From: Nemertoderma westbladi
Lineage: Eukaryota; Animalia; Xenacoelomorpha
Assembly (NCBI GenBank): GCA_032718475.1
Contig: JAUCBJ010003209.1
Span: 1-52,130, forward strand
Direction: 5' to 3'
Length of the DNA: 52,130 bases
The notes below the pieces were generated by a model. It did no database searches, was not told the DNA's origin, and worked only from the letters and a program-made list of their open reading frames with translations. Positions 11,180-23,697 of this stretch are shown here, piece after piece; position 1 is the first letter of the stretch, and every line of letters begins with the position of its first letter. A program made the translations under genes and the position numbers.

Positions 11180-14100
11180 ACCAATAGCGGGCAGCTCTGT
11201 AGGCACAGGTCAGCAAACGGTGACAAGTGCCCAGGCTCTGGTCCTTCAGTACGGGTAGATCAAAGTAATTGCTCTGTTCTCAACCCCAGGATAGACCCTC
11301 AATGATAGATGTCCCATCACCACTAGGACCACATCCCATTGAGGAATCAACTACTCATCTTTTGAAACTCATCAGAAATGCCAGAGTGAGACTACTAAAA
11401 TTTATGACACTGAGTCCAAGACACTGAGTAACTGCATACATTCAGTGCTCAAGAATAATGATCATTCCTCATGGTCCAGACTGCTCCTTATGCCATACAT
11501 TTGCCTGAAGCGCCCTGGGCGAGGGGGACAGAAACAACGCAAGTCACTATCTTCACTTGTTAACATAACAACAATTGTGCCATTTTTAACTCTATGACTG
11601 ACTTAATGACACTTTTTAAACCAAAAAAGTCTAATAACAAAGCTGAGAATAAGAGTACCCCAATTGATAGAGATGATGTGAATAGACTCCTGGCTTCAGC
11701 AGTATCGCAGAAGCTAGATGCAGGCGATGTAAAGGGAGCTATCCGCATAGCGACATGCGAAGACTCTACAGCTGCATTTGATAAGTTGACTCTAGAAAAA
11801 CTCAAAGAGAAATATCCACCAACTCTCCCACACCGACGCCCCTTTCCAGACCAACCAGCTGATGTAAACCCGGTAACTGTTACATCGAAATCTGTGAAAG
11901 CATCAATCGATAATTTCAAACCTGGTTCTTCTTCTGGTGGTCTCTCAGGCTTAAGCCCACAGCATTTGCAGGATGCTATCTCACAGCGCTCTGGTGAAGC
12001 AGGCCTCGCACTCCTTGCGGACTTAACATCCTTGGTTATTCTGGTGCTCTCGGGTGATGTCCCAGATTCGGCTTTCCCTGTTATTATTGGTGCTTCAGTA
12101 ACTTCCTTTAACAAAAAGGATGGTGGCATCCACCCTATAGCAGTAGGGGAAACCATACGGCGACTGGCCGCTAAGTGTGCCACCCAGGCAGTCTCAGATA
12201 AGTTCAGCAGCGAATTTGCACCATCACAACTTGGATTTGGTACCCCTGGGGGTTGCGAGGCAGCTGTGCATGCATGCACTGCGAAGCTTTGTGCAATCAG
12301 CTGCGGAACAAGATGTCTTCCTAATGCTTGATTTTAAGAACGCTTTTAATACTTTGATGAGAAGAGATCACGTTGCAGATTGTATTGCAGATAATGCCCC
12401 AGAGCTTCTCCCATTTTATAGGTTATGTTATGGCAGAACGACCCACCTCTCATTTGGACAAGATCTGTTGCTTTCTGAGGAGGGCTTCCAACAAGGGGAC
12501 CCCTTTAGCTGTCTTTGGATTTTGCCTAGGACTCCACCAGAATCTTGACAAATTCCAGACAAAATTCAACGCAGGATATATTGATGAGGTTACAGTTGGA
12601 GGCCACTGGGAAAAGGTACACTCCAATCTTTCAGAACAGCATGCAGCGACATAGGGATATCTCTTAATGAGTTAAAATGTGAGCTAACCAACAAGTCAGG
12701 TGAGGAAAAACCCAATGTTCACTTCATTCCAGAAGATCTTTCCAGGAATCAAGTTGACTAGATTAGAGGATTTAGAGCTACTTGGTGCCCCCATTTGCCC
12801 CGAAGCCCTTCTAATGTCATCTCTAAGAAGTTGGACAACCTCATTCTGTTTCACAATCGTCTCCGTCTCCTTGACAACCATGACACCTTTTTCCTCCTCA
12901 AAAACTGTCTAGCCGTACCCAAACTTACATACATGCTCTGTTCATCACGAAATTTCAACGAACCCCATCTACTTAGCAAGATCGACAACAGTATAAGGGA
13001 GTCTCTAGAAGAGATAACGAACGTTAAACTGGAAACTGAAACCTTGGATCAAGCAATCCTTCATTGTCGACACGGTGGCCTCGGAATCCCTTCTGTGACA
13101 GAAACTGCGCCTTGTGCATACCTCTCATCATTACATAAGAATGAATCGTTAATTAAAGAGATTTATCACTCTCCTAGTGAGAACAAACACCATGGAGAAG
13201 CCATAGACTGTTGGAAAAGCATGATCCCAGAGGCAAATACTCCAGAAGATCCAAAGAGACAGAGAAACTGGTCGGAACCAATAACAGTTTCACGGTTTGC
13301 TCTCGCTCCTGGAAGTATCAGACGAAACATCAGCTGCACGCCTGAGAGGTTGCAAGGTCCAAGGATCTGGGGACTGGCTCAACACCTTGCCATCTTCCTC
13401 CCTGGCCTGAAATTATCTAATGAAGATGTCTGCTCTACGGCTGGGCGCACAAGTCTGTATCCCACACCCTTGCGTGTGTGGCGCTGCCGTAGACTCATCA
13501 GCTCTACATGCTTTCACCTGCTACCACATTAAGATCCGCCACCAACGTCACAGGCTCGGGAATGATGCAATTCATCGGGCACTTGCGTCTGCAGAGATTT
13601 CTAGCACCTTAGAACCTGTCGGAATGTGCAGAAGTGATGGTAAGAGACCGGACGGGGCCACAATGCTCCCATGGGTGAGAGGCAAGCCTCTTATTTGGGA
13701 CTTTACCTGCGTCCACCGCCAGGCTCCCTCCTACTCCCAAACAGCACTCCAAGATGGTCCTACTGTAGCAGACATGACTGAAGATAGGAAACTAATGAAA
13801 TACGGCGAACTCTCACGTAATTATATATTTCAACCTGTAGCTGTCGAATCACTGGGTGGTCTTGGTACCTCTACGATAGCATTCCCCCGTGAGCTAGGGC
13901 ACCTGTATACAGAAGGTATCTGGCAACAAGAAATCGATTGAACACTTTCGTCAACGTTTAGGGGTTTGTATCCAGGTCGGTAATGCTGCATGCGTCAAAG
14001 AGTTCTTTGCTGCACATTCCGAGTCTTTTAGAGAAATTTTATTTAAATATTAACTGCTTCTTTTTTTACGTTTTTCTGTTTTAGTGTTTTTTTCGGATTT

Positions 14101-14466
14101 TATTTGGTTTATATTTTTTATTGATGTAATCGTCATAGTCGATGCGTGCACACTCCCCGCCTCACTGTTAGTTTTTGTTTGTCGTACTGTGTTTTATTGT
14201 TTTTGTTTGTTAAGTGACGTTTCTTTTACTATGAAATTTAACGTTATAAAGTTACAATACTATTATATTTACTACGAGACTGCCTGTGCAGTTATTAGTT
14301 TTTTTAAAATATAAAATGGTGATTAGCATAATGTGTTTTCCCGTTCTGGCCTGGTCACCATCTACAAAGCGTTTGCATGCATCCCAACTATTGCTTTATA
14401 TTGTATGACTATATAATATAAATGTGCTTAATCTATGTAGAAATTGTTGTTAAATAAAAAAAAAAT
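11180..14466 (+). mobile_element. Decayed CRE-clade non-LTR retrotransposon (RT plus restriction-like endonuclease)
   Basis: HPIAVGETIRRLAAK, QLGFGTPGGCEAAVH, LDFKNAFN, QQGDP, YIDE, CxC...H..C knuckle, RH, KRPDG, WDFT, E..K..KY. Several frameshifts. Poly(A) at ~14451-14466. The 5' boundary is approximate. Confidence 0.85.
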
Positions 14467-14859
14467 TAAGTCTAATATTTAATTTATTATTTACTTGAAA
14501 TTCATTAAAGTTAGTTAGTTAGCTATCTATTTTGAAACAAATGTTCTAGAAATGGTCTATAAATTGTGTTTGAATAAATATTAATTGTATGTAAATAGAA
14601 TAGGATCGCCCTGATAAGAGTGTAAATACTCCCTAAGGGCGCCTGCAACACCAAATACAAATATAAAATATCATCTATAAGTGATTAAAATCATTGTCGA
14701 ATTTGACCGAAATGCCATCGAGTGCAATACTCAAGACACTAGGGCAGATATACATTTCGGTTAACTGAAATTAGTGACAAGGAGGGGGGGGGGGGGGGGG
14801 GGGGGGGGGCTAACCAGCCTACCCATAGCCAAAGGCCAGCAGAAGCCCTAAGTGGAGAG

Positions 14860-15537
14860 TGCCAGCAACAAATTGTTGAAAATAAGCAAATTGATCAGTA
14901 GATAGTATCATCTTGTTTCTTGCGTTATACGGGTTTATGAGAGTCATGAATCCGAGGGAATCAAGAAAAATAGCACTGGACATCGCAAACTTGTACTTTT
15001 TGGTGATGGGTACGAAATTTAGTGCTAGCACTAAAATTTGCCAAATTACGCCGTAAAATACAAGTAGCAATGATATGGCACATTAGAAATGTATTCCATT
15101 AGAATCAGCGCCCTAGAAAACTTGAAAATGTGAATTTATAGCATCGTATAAGTGAATTAAAAATTTTGTGTTCTAACTGAAAAGTGCTGGTTACTTGTTT
15201 TTTTCATTTTTTTCCTACGCAGAAAGGACTAAACAGCTATTTATAGTAATCATATCATTTTTAAATATTTTCCAATGTATTTTGCGCCCCAGAAAACCTG
15301 TGTTGAAAAACAATTAGCCGAAAAATGTAACTTTCAAATTTTATGCAAATTGTGCACTACTTGTAATTTTGGTGCTGCAATATAACCACCCCAGTACATT
15401 TTCTCGAAATTTTTATTTTCGGTCGGATCCAGACTAGTGATACCTACGTCCAAACAAAAAATCAGATGTTTTCGTAAAAATTTGTAGATTTTAGAGGGGG
15501 GGGGGGGGGGGGGGGGGGGGGGTCAATATGACACCCT
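14860..15537 (+). mobile_element. Fragment of the same piggyBac-like non-autonomous family (right-hand part)
   Basis: Homologous to 18265-18547 and 20068-20190, and inverted relative to 9540-9960. Confidence 0.75.
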
Positions 15538-15560
15538 TCTTTTATTTAAAAAAAAAAAAA

Positions 15561-15700
15561 GGAGGGTTAGAACAGTTGGATGATCTATTGGTTGTATGTT
15601 CGAACCCCGCCTGGATCCATTCAGCCTTTCCTTAAGTGGGGTCGATCAAATGAGAACCAGTTGAATTACTGAGTAGGAGTAGCGTCCACCACTACTACTA
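15561..15700 (+). mobile_element. tRNA-headed SINE-like segment upstream of the RTE element
   Basis: B-box gttcgaaccc (15598-15607), followed by ttcagcctttcc..ggggtcgatcaaatgagaaccag, which from memory resembles the conserved central domain of RTE-associated (Sauria/Meta-type) SINEs. Confidence 0.45.
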
Positions 15701-18547
15701 CTGTAATCGGCTTGCTACATTAGGTCAGGTCAGGTCCCCAGATCCTGCTACCACTATGGCAGTAATGTGGTACTACCTGTACCTGTCAGCCCAGTAGGGC
15801 AGGCCCGATAAACATAGCCTATTCATTATTTAGTTGATCAAGAGTGAGTTGGTTTAGCCCCGTCAACTAAATAAGTCATTGAGGGCTATAGCGCCTAGGG
15901 CACCATTGAAGGCAAAGGCTTGATACGCATCTGCATTAGAGATGATACACGCCCTGCCCTGTCTATATTGGATGCTCCTCTACCAGTGTAAGGTAACCTA
16001 ACCCAGGAGGCACACTTGGTTCAGGGTGTAACAAATGGACCCCTACAGTCGGCAGCAGGGCTGTAGGCCATGGATAAACGGAAGGTAATCAACCAACGGT
16101 TAGACATGCTAACAAGGTCGGCGGAAGGTAATCAACCAACGGCGACCTACTGCGAAGAGCTTGTAGGAGTTGCGACCACAAGCGGTTTACTCCCGCAACT
16201 GAAAGATATGAGTATGAGAACCCTCCAGGAGAAATACCGGCTCGGTCGTCGCCCGGGTCAACAAGGACCGCGTCCCTCAGTGGTACACCAGGCTGGGATC
16301 GATAAATTGGCTACTGGAACAGAAGACAGAGAAGAAAGAAGAACCAACCTGTTGAAATGTAAAAAGACACTAAAGATTGCTACAATGAACGCACGCACGC
16401 TGAAAGCACATACCAAACAGGGTGACATGGTCGCTCTGGCAATGGAATATAACATCGACATCATCTGCATCCAAGAACATCGGATTTGTCATGAAGACAC
16501 TGCCATGAAGCACAATGACATTGGAAATGGATGGACGTTAGTAACTAGCTCAGCAGTAAGAAACTCGGCCAATGCATCAATTGGTGGAGTAGGAATTCTG
16601 CTAAGCCCATTTGCACTTAAGACTCTAAACAACATCGAATCTATAAATTCCAGGGTTATGATCGCAACATTTGATGGGAATCCCAAGGCAACAGTTATAT
16701 GTTGCTACAGTCCAACCAATGCATCAGAGCCAGAACAAGCAGTCAAGTTTTATGAAGAACTGACTGGACTTATAAAGGACATTCCGAAACACAATGTTAA
16801 AGTCATTGCTGGTGACATGAATGCGCAAATTGGCCCAGAAGACATCAAGGGTTACACCTATAACACCAGTTCCAACAGAAATGGGTACTTACTTTTAGAC
16901 CTAATGGAAGAATGTGAATTGATACCAACAAACAACACATCGAAAAGAGTATGGGGAAGCTATGGACCTTTCAATACCCTAATGGAACCAAAGCACAACT
17001 GGATTACATCCTTATAAACAAAAAGTGGAGAAACAGCATGATCAACTGCGAGGCATACAGCTCGTTCAACCTAATTGGTTCGGACCACAGAATTGTGACT
17101 GCAGAGATCAGACTCAGTTTGAGAGCCAGCAAACCCAGGACAAGCAAGCAAATCAAATATGACTGGGAGAAACTCAGAACTGACAATGCTGTAAAGGATG
17201 CTTATACAGTAGAAGTTCAAAACCGCTTTGAAGCACTTCAGTAAATGGATGAAGACCAATCCACCGATTCAATATACCAGAATATAATAACAGCCCACAA
17301 GGAATCAGCTAAGAGGCATATCCCCCAGAAACCTAAACGAAAACAGTATGTGCCATGGCAAAATTCTGAGGTTACTTGTAAGAGAGATGATCTTAACCCT
17401 ATTAAACCCGGGGGGGGGGGGGGGGGTCAATATGACCCCTCCGTGGTTTTTTTTATTATAATTCTGAAACAAACGCAGTTGGGAATCTGAAATTGTATGA
17501 CTGTTCTAAAAAATCTATTGTCTTCCTAGTAGTGAAAACCGTTTTCAAAAATATTGGGTACTTTTCTAGTTATAGCACCATTTTTTAACCCTACTTTTGG
17601 CACTTTTTTTTTGAGACGTTTTTTGAAAATTACATTTCATTAAATATGAATTGTAACATCTCTATTTTTGATTTACATTGGTTTTTGGTGTTAGAAATTT
17701 GATGGAATTCATATAAATTGATTTAGAAATTTCAAACTTGTTTTTTTCGGTGGGTGCCAAATTTTGGTGCCAGCACCAAATTTTGAAGATTTTGGAGATT
17801 TTGTAAATTGATCGTTTGAAACTTGTTTTTTACGCAATTGGGGTTTTTTGGGTTTCTGGATTCGATGAAATATATACGAGTTGCACCAAGCGTATCAAAC
17901 TTGTATTTTTCGGTGCTGTGTGCAAATTTTGGTGCTAGCACGAAATTTTGAAAATCCATTCAATAGATAAAATTGCTTGTGACAATTTATTTCTTGCGTT
18001 TTAGAGGTTTATGGCTGTTCTGAATTCAATGGAAAATATAATTATCGAACTAGACATCTCAAACTTGTATTTATCGGATGTGGGTGCAAAATGTGGTGCT
18101 AGCACCAAATTTTGAAAACCATCAAATATATAAATTGATTGTGTCACCTTGTTTCTTGCGTTATACGGGTTTGACAGGGTTCTGAATTCAATGGAATCAG
18201 TAAAAATTTCATAAGAGTTCTCAAACTTGTATTTTTCGCCGGTGGGTGAAAATTGTTGTGCCAGCACCAAATTTTGGAAAATATGCAAATTGATAAGTAG
18301 ATAGTATCACCTTGTTTCTTGCGTTATACGGGTTTATGAGGGTCCTGAATCCGATGGAATCAATAAAAACAGCACTGGACATCGCAAACTTGTACTTTTT
18401 GGTGATGGGTACGAAATTTGGTGCTAGCACCAAAATTTGCAAAATTACGCCGAAAAATACAAGTAGCAATGATCTGGCATATTAGAAATGTATTCCATTA
18501 GAATCAGCGCCCTCGAAAACCTGAAAATGTGAATTTATAGCATCGTA

Positions 18548-20066
18548 CGGATGAAGTGGTAGGCATTCACCAGCGGCAGCATAGTGTAAAGATGATAGAA
18601 AAAATAATAAAGTATTGAGGGTCTTTAGCTGGTTATATTATATTAGATAAAGATACAATAGTAAACGTTTTCGACCTACCGGTCTGCATCAGACTATGTA
18701 CTGGCAACTAACAGGAAAAGGTGGGGGTCTATATATATATATATAAGTTTTAAAGGGGAATACCTGATAGGTGAATCCCAGAAAGGTTAACGTGTATGTA
18801 TGTACTGTATAACGTAAGGTAATTGTGATAGGGAAAGTACACCGAGTTAGTTATAAGCTGTCAATCTAAAGTACAAATATAGGGTTGCAGGTTGGGTTAT
18901 AAGGTTGGGAGAAGTTGATAGGGAAATCCCAGGAGTGGTCATGTGTCTACATACTGAATGGTATAATTGGATTAGGTAGGTTACATAGGATTATGAGGTA
19001 TCTACTTAAAGCGCATGGTTAGGTAGAATGCAACATAATGATAGCTGTAATTTTTACAGAGTAAGAAAACACAAGAAACAGAAAAACCAAGACAAAAACA
19101 AAAAGGAAGGTAGGGGAAAAACACATAGAGACCGGAAATTCGCTATAGAGGGCACTGTAGTTGTGTAAGATATAGAATATAGGGTGTATTATATAAATCC
19201 TTGGGTTTAGATTGCTGGTCTAGCTACGTTAAGTGGGGGGTTGTATGTATAGATTAGGTTAGCTTCCGTCGCTAGTAGTTCGGGTATGTTTGTGAATTGT
19301 TTTAAGGTTGCGGTGCGTAGATTTTCTAAACTACAACCGTATATGTGCCTAGCTAGGAGTATGTCTTCGTGTGTTTTTCCGTCATTGGCTCGTGAGGGGT
19401 AGTGTCGTATGTTGTTGCGGTGTCCATTAAAGCGTTCGTGAAGTTTCTATCTCGTTTGGCCTATGTAGTATAGAGTAGGGTGGCAGTGGCACCAGGCCAA
19501 GTAACATACAGTGTGGGACTTACATGTATAGTGTCCTTTTATCTTTTCACCCCATGGTGTCTGTTGTATGTTAGTGATAGTTTTGCATGTAAGGCAGCGG
19601 CTAGAGTTACATGGCTCATTAGTGGTGTTATTTGCGTTTGAGTTTTATTTTTAGTTAGTATTTGTCCTAGTGATGTGGGGTTCTTCGTGACTACATTAAT
19701 GTTGATGTCGAGATCGTAGTTTTTGGAGTATCTACGTACAGTATTTTGGAATATGCCCTTCATCTGTTGGTTAGTGGATAGGTAAAATGTGGGTTTCGAG
19801 TTAGTGTCTTTAGGTCTAGTTTGGGGAGTCCAATGTCTAAGTTTGTTAAGGAGGTTCTGGGGGTACTGCCTGAGTAGACATTCGCCAAGGAATTCGTCTC
19901 TGAGTTTGGTATAGTCGTTAGGCTCGCTACATCTGCGGTGGATGCGTAGGAGTTGGCTACGAATTACGGATAGTAGTAATTTCTTATCATGGAAGCTATT
20001 GTAGTGAATCGGGAGTTTATTTCTAGTTGGTTTTTTGTATAATGTAGTTGTTAGTCTTTCGTTGTT
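18548..20066 (-). mobile_element. Penelope-like element 3' fragment (RT thumb, Cys linker, GIY-YIG endonuclease), pseudogenised
   Basis: Manual minus-strand translation gives TTLYKKPT..IHYNSFH, PCNSSRCLTCK, YTCKSHTVCYLAWCHCHPTLYYIGQT, ERFNGHR and EANLIYTYNPPLN. Replaces ~260 bp of the host piggyBac-like element. Confidence 0.85.
18654..18700 (-). ncRNA. Minimal type I hammerhead ribozyme motif of the Penelope-like element
   Basis: Minus strand reads auagu-CUGAUGC-a-gacc-ggua-gguc-GAAA-acguuu-acuau: stem I auagu/acuau, stem II gacc/gguc, palindromic AAACGUUU. Core position 9 is C rather than A. Confidence 0.7.
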
Positions 20067-22953
20067 AATAATTTTTTTCTTCTGTCGGATCCAGACAAGT
20101 GATACCTACGTACAAACAAAAAATCAGACGTTTTTGTAAATATTTGTAGATTTTAGAGGGGGGGGGGGGGGGGGGGGTCAATATGACCCCCCCCCCCCCC
20201 CGGTATTTGTACAACATTTTATAGCCCGGTACTAATAGGGTTAAGACTTAAGAAAGTTAAAACCAAACAACCAACAACCGAAAACATTAACAAGGTTGAG
20301 AAAGCTAAGGACGATCTTAAATTGGCCTACAACATCAGCCAGGAAAAGTACATACAGGATAAAACTGAAGCAATTCCAACTGCTCACACACAGCAACAAT
20401 CAAGACTTACCTGGCAAACTGTAAATGAGGTATCTGGTCGGTAAAGTTGTGCAAAGGGGCGCCTCAAAGCCGATAGTCCTGAAGAACGTGTTGGGAAGTG
20501 GAAAAATCACTTCAGCAACTTGCTTGGGCAGCCACCAAACATCGAGGTCAGCCCTACAAGGAAAATATATGACAAGACACTACCTATAGAAACAGGGGAC
20601 TTCACACCTGCCGAACTCCAAAGAAGCATTAAAAGCATGTCCAATAATAAAGCGAGTGGATTGTTGATTGGAAAGCCAGCGGAGGTATGGAAAACCGGAG
20701 TGCTAAACAGACCATTATTGAATGTTTGCAACCGGATGTTAAAAGGGGAAAAGCCACCACCAATTTGGACTAAAGGTCAACTAAAGCCTCTCCCCAAGAA
20801 AGGAGACATCGGCATACCAACAAACTATCGTGGGATCTGTCTGCTTGTGGTAGCTGCCAAAATATACAATAAAACGATTCTATATAGGATTAGGCCTCAC
20901 ATAGAGAAACTACTGCGTAAGAGCCAAAACGGATTTCGACCAAGTAGATCAACAATAGCTCAGATACTTGCACTACGGAGACTGATTGAAGGAATTAAGT
21001 CAAAGAATCTCCCCGCAGTCATGATTTTTGTGGACTTCAAGAAGGCATTCGACTCCATCCATAGAGGTAAAATGCTTGAAATCCTAAGAGCTTATGGAAT
21101 ACCAGAAGTAATTGTTGCTGGCATTGGATTGTTATATTGTGACACAGAAGCGCAGGTACTCTCACCAGATGGTGAAACTGAGTTTTTCTCAATCCTGGCT
21201 GACGTACTGCAAGGTGACACATTAGCACCATTACTATTTGTAATTGTGCTGGATTACGCAATGAGGACGGCCACAAAGGGTGAAGATCTGGGATTCACAC
21301 TTCAAGAATGCAGAAGTAGTAGATATCCGGCAACTACAGTCACAGACACAGACTTTGCGGATGACATCGCCCTGCTCTCTAATACGCTAGCAGATGCACA
21401 GCTTCTACTAAATAAAGTGGAGAGGGCTGCTAAGGAGGTTGGATTGCATATAAATGCTACAAAGACCGAATTCATGACCTTTAATGTTGATGGAAACTTG
21501 ACAACCATTGATAATAATCAACTAAGGAAGGTCCATGACTTCCAGTACCTTGGATCATGGATAGAGAGTAGCAAAAAGGACATAGAAGTTAGGAAAGCAA
21601 AGGCTTGGGTAGCTCTATCAAAAAATGATACCATCTGGAAATCAGATCTCTCCAGGCACCTGAAGACTAAGTTCTTTCGAGCCACAGTGGAAAGTGTATT
21701 TTTATACGGGGGTGAGACCTGGACACTGACTAAATCACTTGAACAACGAATTGATAGTTGCTACACAAGACTACTAAGGGCAGCCCTAAACATCAGCTGG
21801 AGACAACACATGACAAACGCCGAGCTTTATGGTACAATACCACCTGTATCAACCATCCTCAGGTCATACCAGATCTACTTCTCTGGCAACCAACTCATGG
21901 AAAGCGTAGTCATGGACGACCGGCCATAACATATATAGATCAACTTGAAATGGATACTGAACTTGGGAGAAACGAAATTGCGACAACTATGGAGAATCGG
22001 GAAGCCTGTAAGGATCTCATTTCCACTGTCCGAGTTCGCTCGACCTAGTAGTAGTAGTACATTGGAGCTGCATATTGAGATGATATGTTGGCTTAATGAA
22101 ACATTTGTGCCACTACCATGCGAGCCACAATTTGCATACTGCAATGCCGCTTGCATTAAGAATGTTGTGCCGGCTTGTTGACATAATTGCGCCGCCATAA
22201 CTCCCTCACTAATAACTTTGCGAGATCAACCGCATCTTCAAGGCCAGTGTCCTTTAAGAGGCATATCAAGAATTCATGGACTTTCCACCATGCTTATTCA
22301 CTCCATGAGGCCGCCAAAGCACAATATTATGCACTAGTTGGTCTTCAAGGCTAAAGCAATGTCCTGCTAAGCGGAGGCGGTTCCGTTCAAGTGACAAGCT
22401 AGGGGAGACTAATGAGACACCTCCAATGTTACATAGTGTCTGGTTAGAGATGTGTACTTGACACCGTGAACCCGATGTAGCATTCTTGTGAATGTGCCAT
22501 CCATACACCATGTCCTGGAATATAGTATCATTATTCAGGTACATGCCCCCCCCCCCCAAATTTTTCTACAAATCTTAATGAGATTGCATGAAATTTGAAA
22601 CAGAGATAGTTTTACCTCCCTCCTTCTCCGTGGGTGAGCCATAATTATTATTTTTGCTTTCAATCTTTAGCTACAAGTGTTTGAAAAATGTGTCTCCGGC
22701 GATATTTCACAGGCCACAGTGCAATCATTCTTCAACCTTATGGTGACCAATAGAAAGCTGCTCATGCAAGGATCCAAATATGAAAAAATATTTGAATTTG
22801 GTTGGGAAACACCTGAGATATGGGCATTCGAATGTTGCATGTATTTGCTTCCCCTGCAGGCCACCTATTCTATTTAATTAATGTACCATATTCTAGAACA
22901 TTTTGTTTATTCCATAGGTAGAGGAGCAACGCAATAATGCAATACTTCTTTAA

Positions 22954-23665
22954 GGGGGGGGTACACCATTTTCGGACAACTCTTCGATTTATCACTCTCA
23001 GCGTTTCAAAATTGTTTGGTTTTGGCTATAATTTGGAATATAAGTGCCTAAGATGCTATTCTACATGACAGGTTAGAAAATTTTTATTTTTCGCTATTTA
23101 ATATTAGTTAATACTAGTTAACAACAAAAAAAACTTGGTTGCGCTTAAAACCCTAAGGCTTTTTCAGTTTTGAATCTAATCACATGAAAGTTTTTTTATA
23201 TGATAGATCAAAGATGGGGCAACATAACTATCAGGCGAAATTTTGTGAAAATAATTCTGCACCGCTAGGTGGCGCTGCAAATTTATGCCTAATTTTTAGG
23301 TTTGTTATAAATAGTATTAAATTTTATTAACAAATAATTTCGAAAAGTTGTCTGATACTTTTATGCAGGGTGGCTATGTAGACACCCACAGAAAGTTTCA
23401 GACTAATTGCTCAAAAATTGTAGAAGTAGTAGGGTTTTGAAGTTGACAATTTCATAAAAAAAATATTTTGAGATAATCGACCTTTCATTATACATAGTAA
23501 TAGTAATTTCAATAGGAATCCCTAAATGGAAATTGTTATAACTTAAAAACTAAAAGAGCTATTAAATAGCGGTTTTCAGATTTGGAAACACCATTCAATG
23601 GTGCATTATAATAGATCATAAAAAAAATTTCGACATATTTTTGACCAAAATGGTGTACCCCCCCC
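22954..23665. mobile_element. Kolobok-like non-autonomous DNA transposon
   Basis: TTAA TSDs at 22950-22953 and 23666-23669. TIR GGGGGGGGTACACCATTTT / AAAATGGTGTACCCCCCCC. Purine-start termini with a TTAA target fit Kolobok rather than piggyBac. Confidence 0.75.
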
Positions 23666-23697
23666 TTAATTATACTATTACGTAGCTATTCATAAAT

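Larger units (their letters stand above)
17397..20240 (+). mobile_element. piggyBac-like non-autonomous element inserted in the RTE ORF
   Basis: TTAA TSDs at 17393-17396 and 20241-20244. Termini CCCTATTA...TAATAGGG. Subterminal gggtcaatatgacccc motif at both ends. Confidence 0.88.
15780..22059 (+). mobile_element. Near-full-length RTE-clade LINE (APE endonuclease plus RT), interrupted by a 2.8-kb insertion
   Basis: APE motifs IATMNARTL, ICIQEHR, CYSPT, IAGDMNAQ, QLDYIL, SDH (16070-17390). RT motifs QNGFRPSRS, DFKKAFDS, LQGDTLAP, DFADDI, FQYLGS (20520-21929). Sequence resumes after the TTAA at 20241. (TAG)n tail at 22046-22059. Stops and frameshifts present. 5' start approximate. Confidence 0.92.

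Noticed and set aside
9540-15537. Inverted repeats flanking the CRE element as a composite transposon
   Set aside because: The TTAA terminus at 10809 faces inward and there is no shared TSD, so these are independent fragments of one family.
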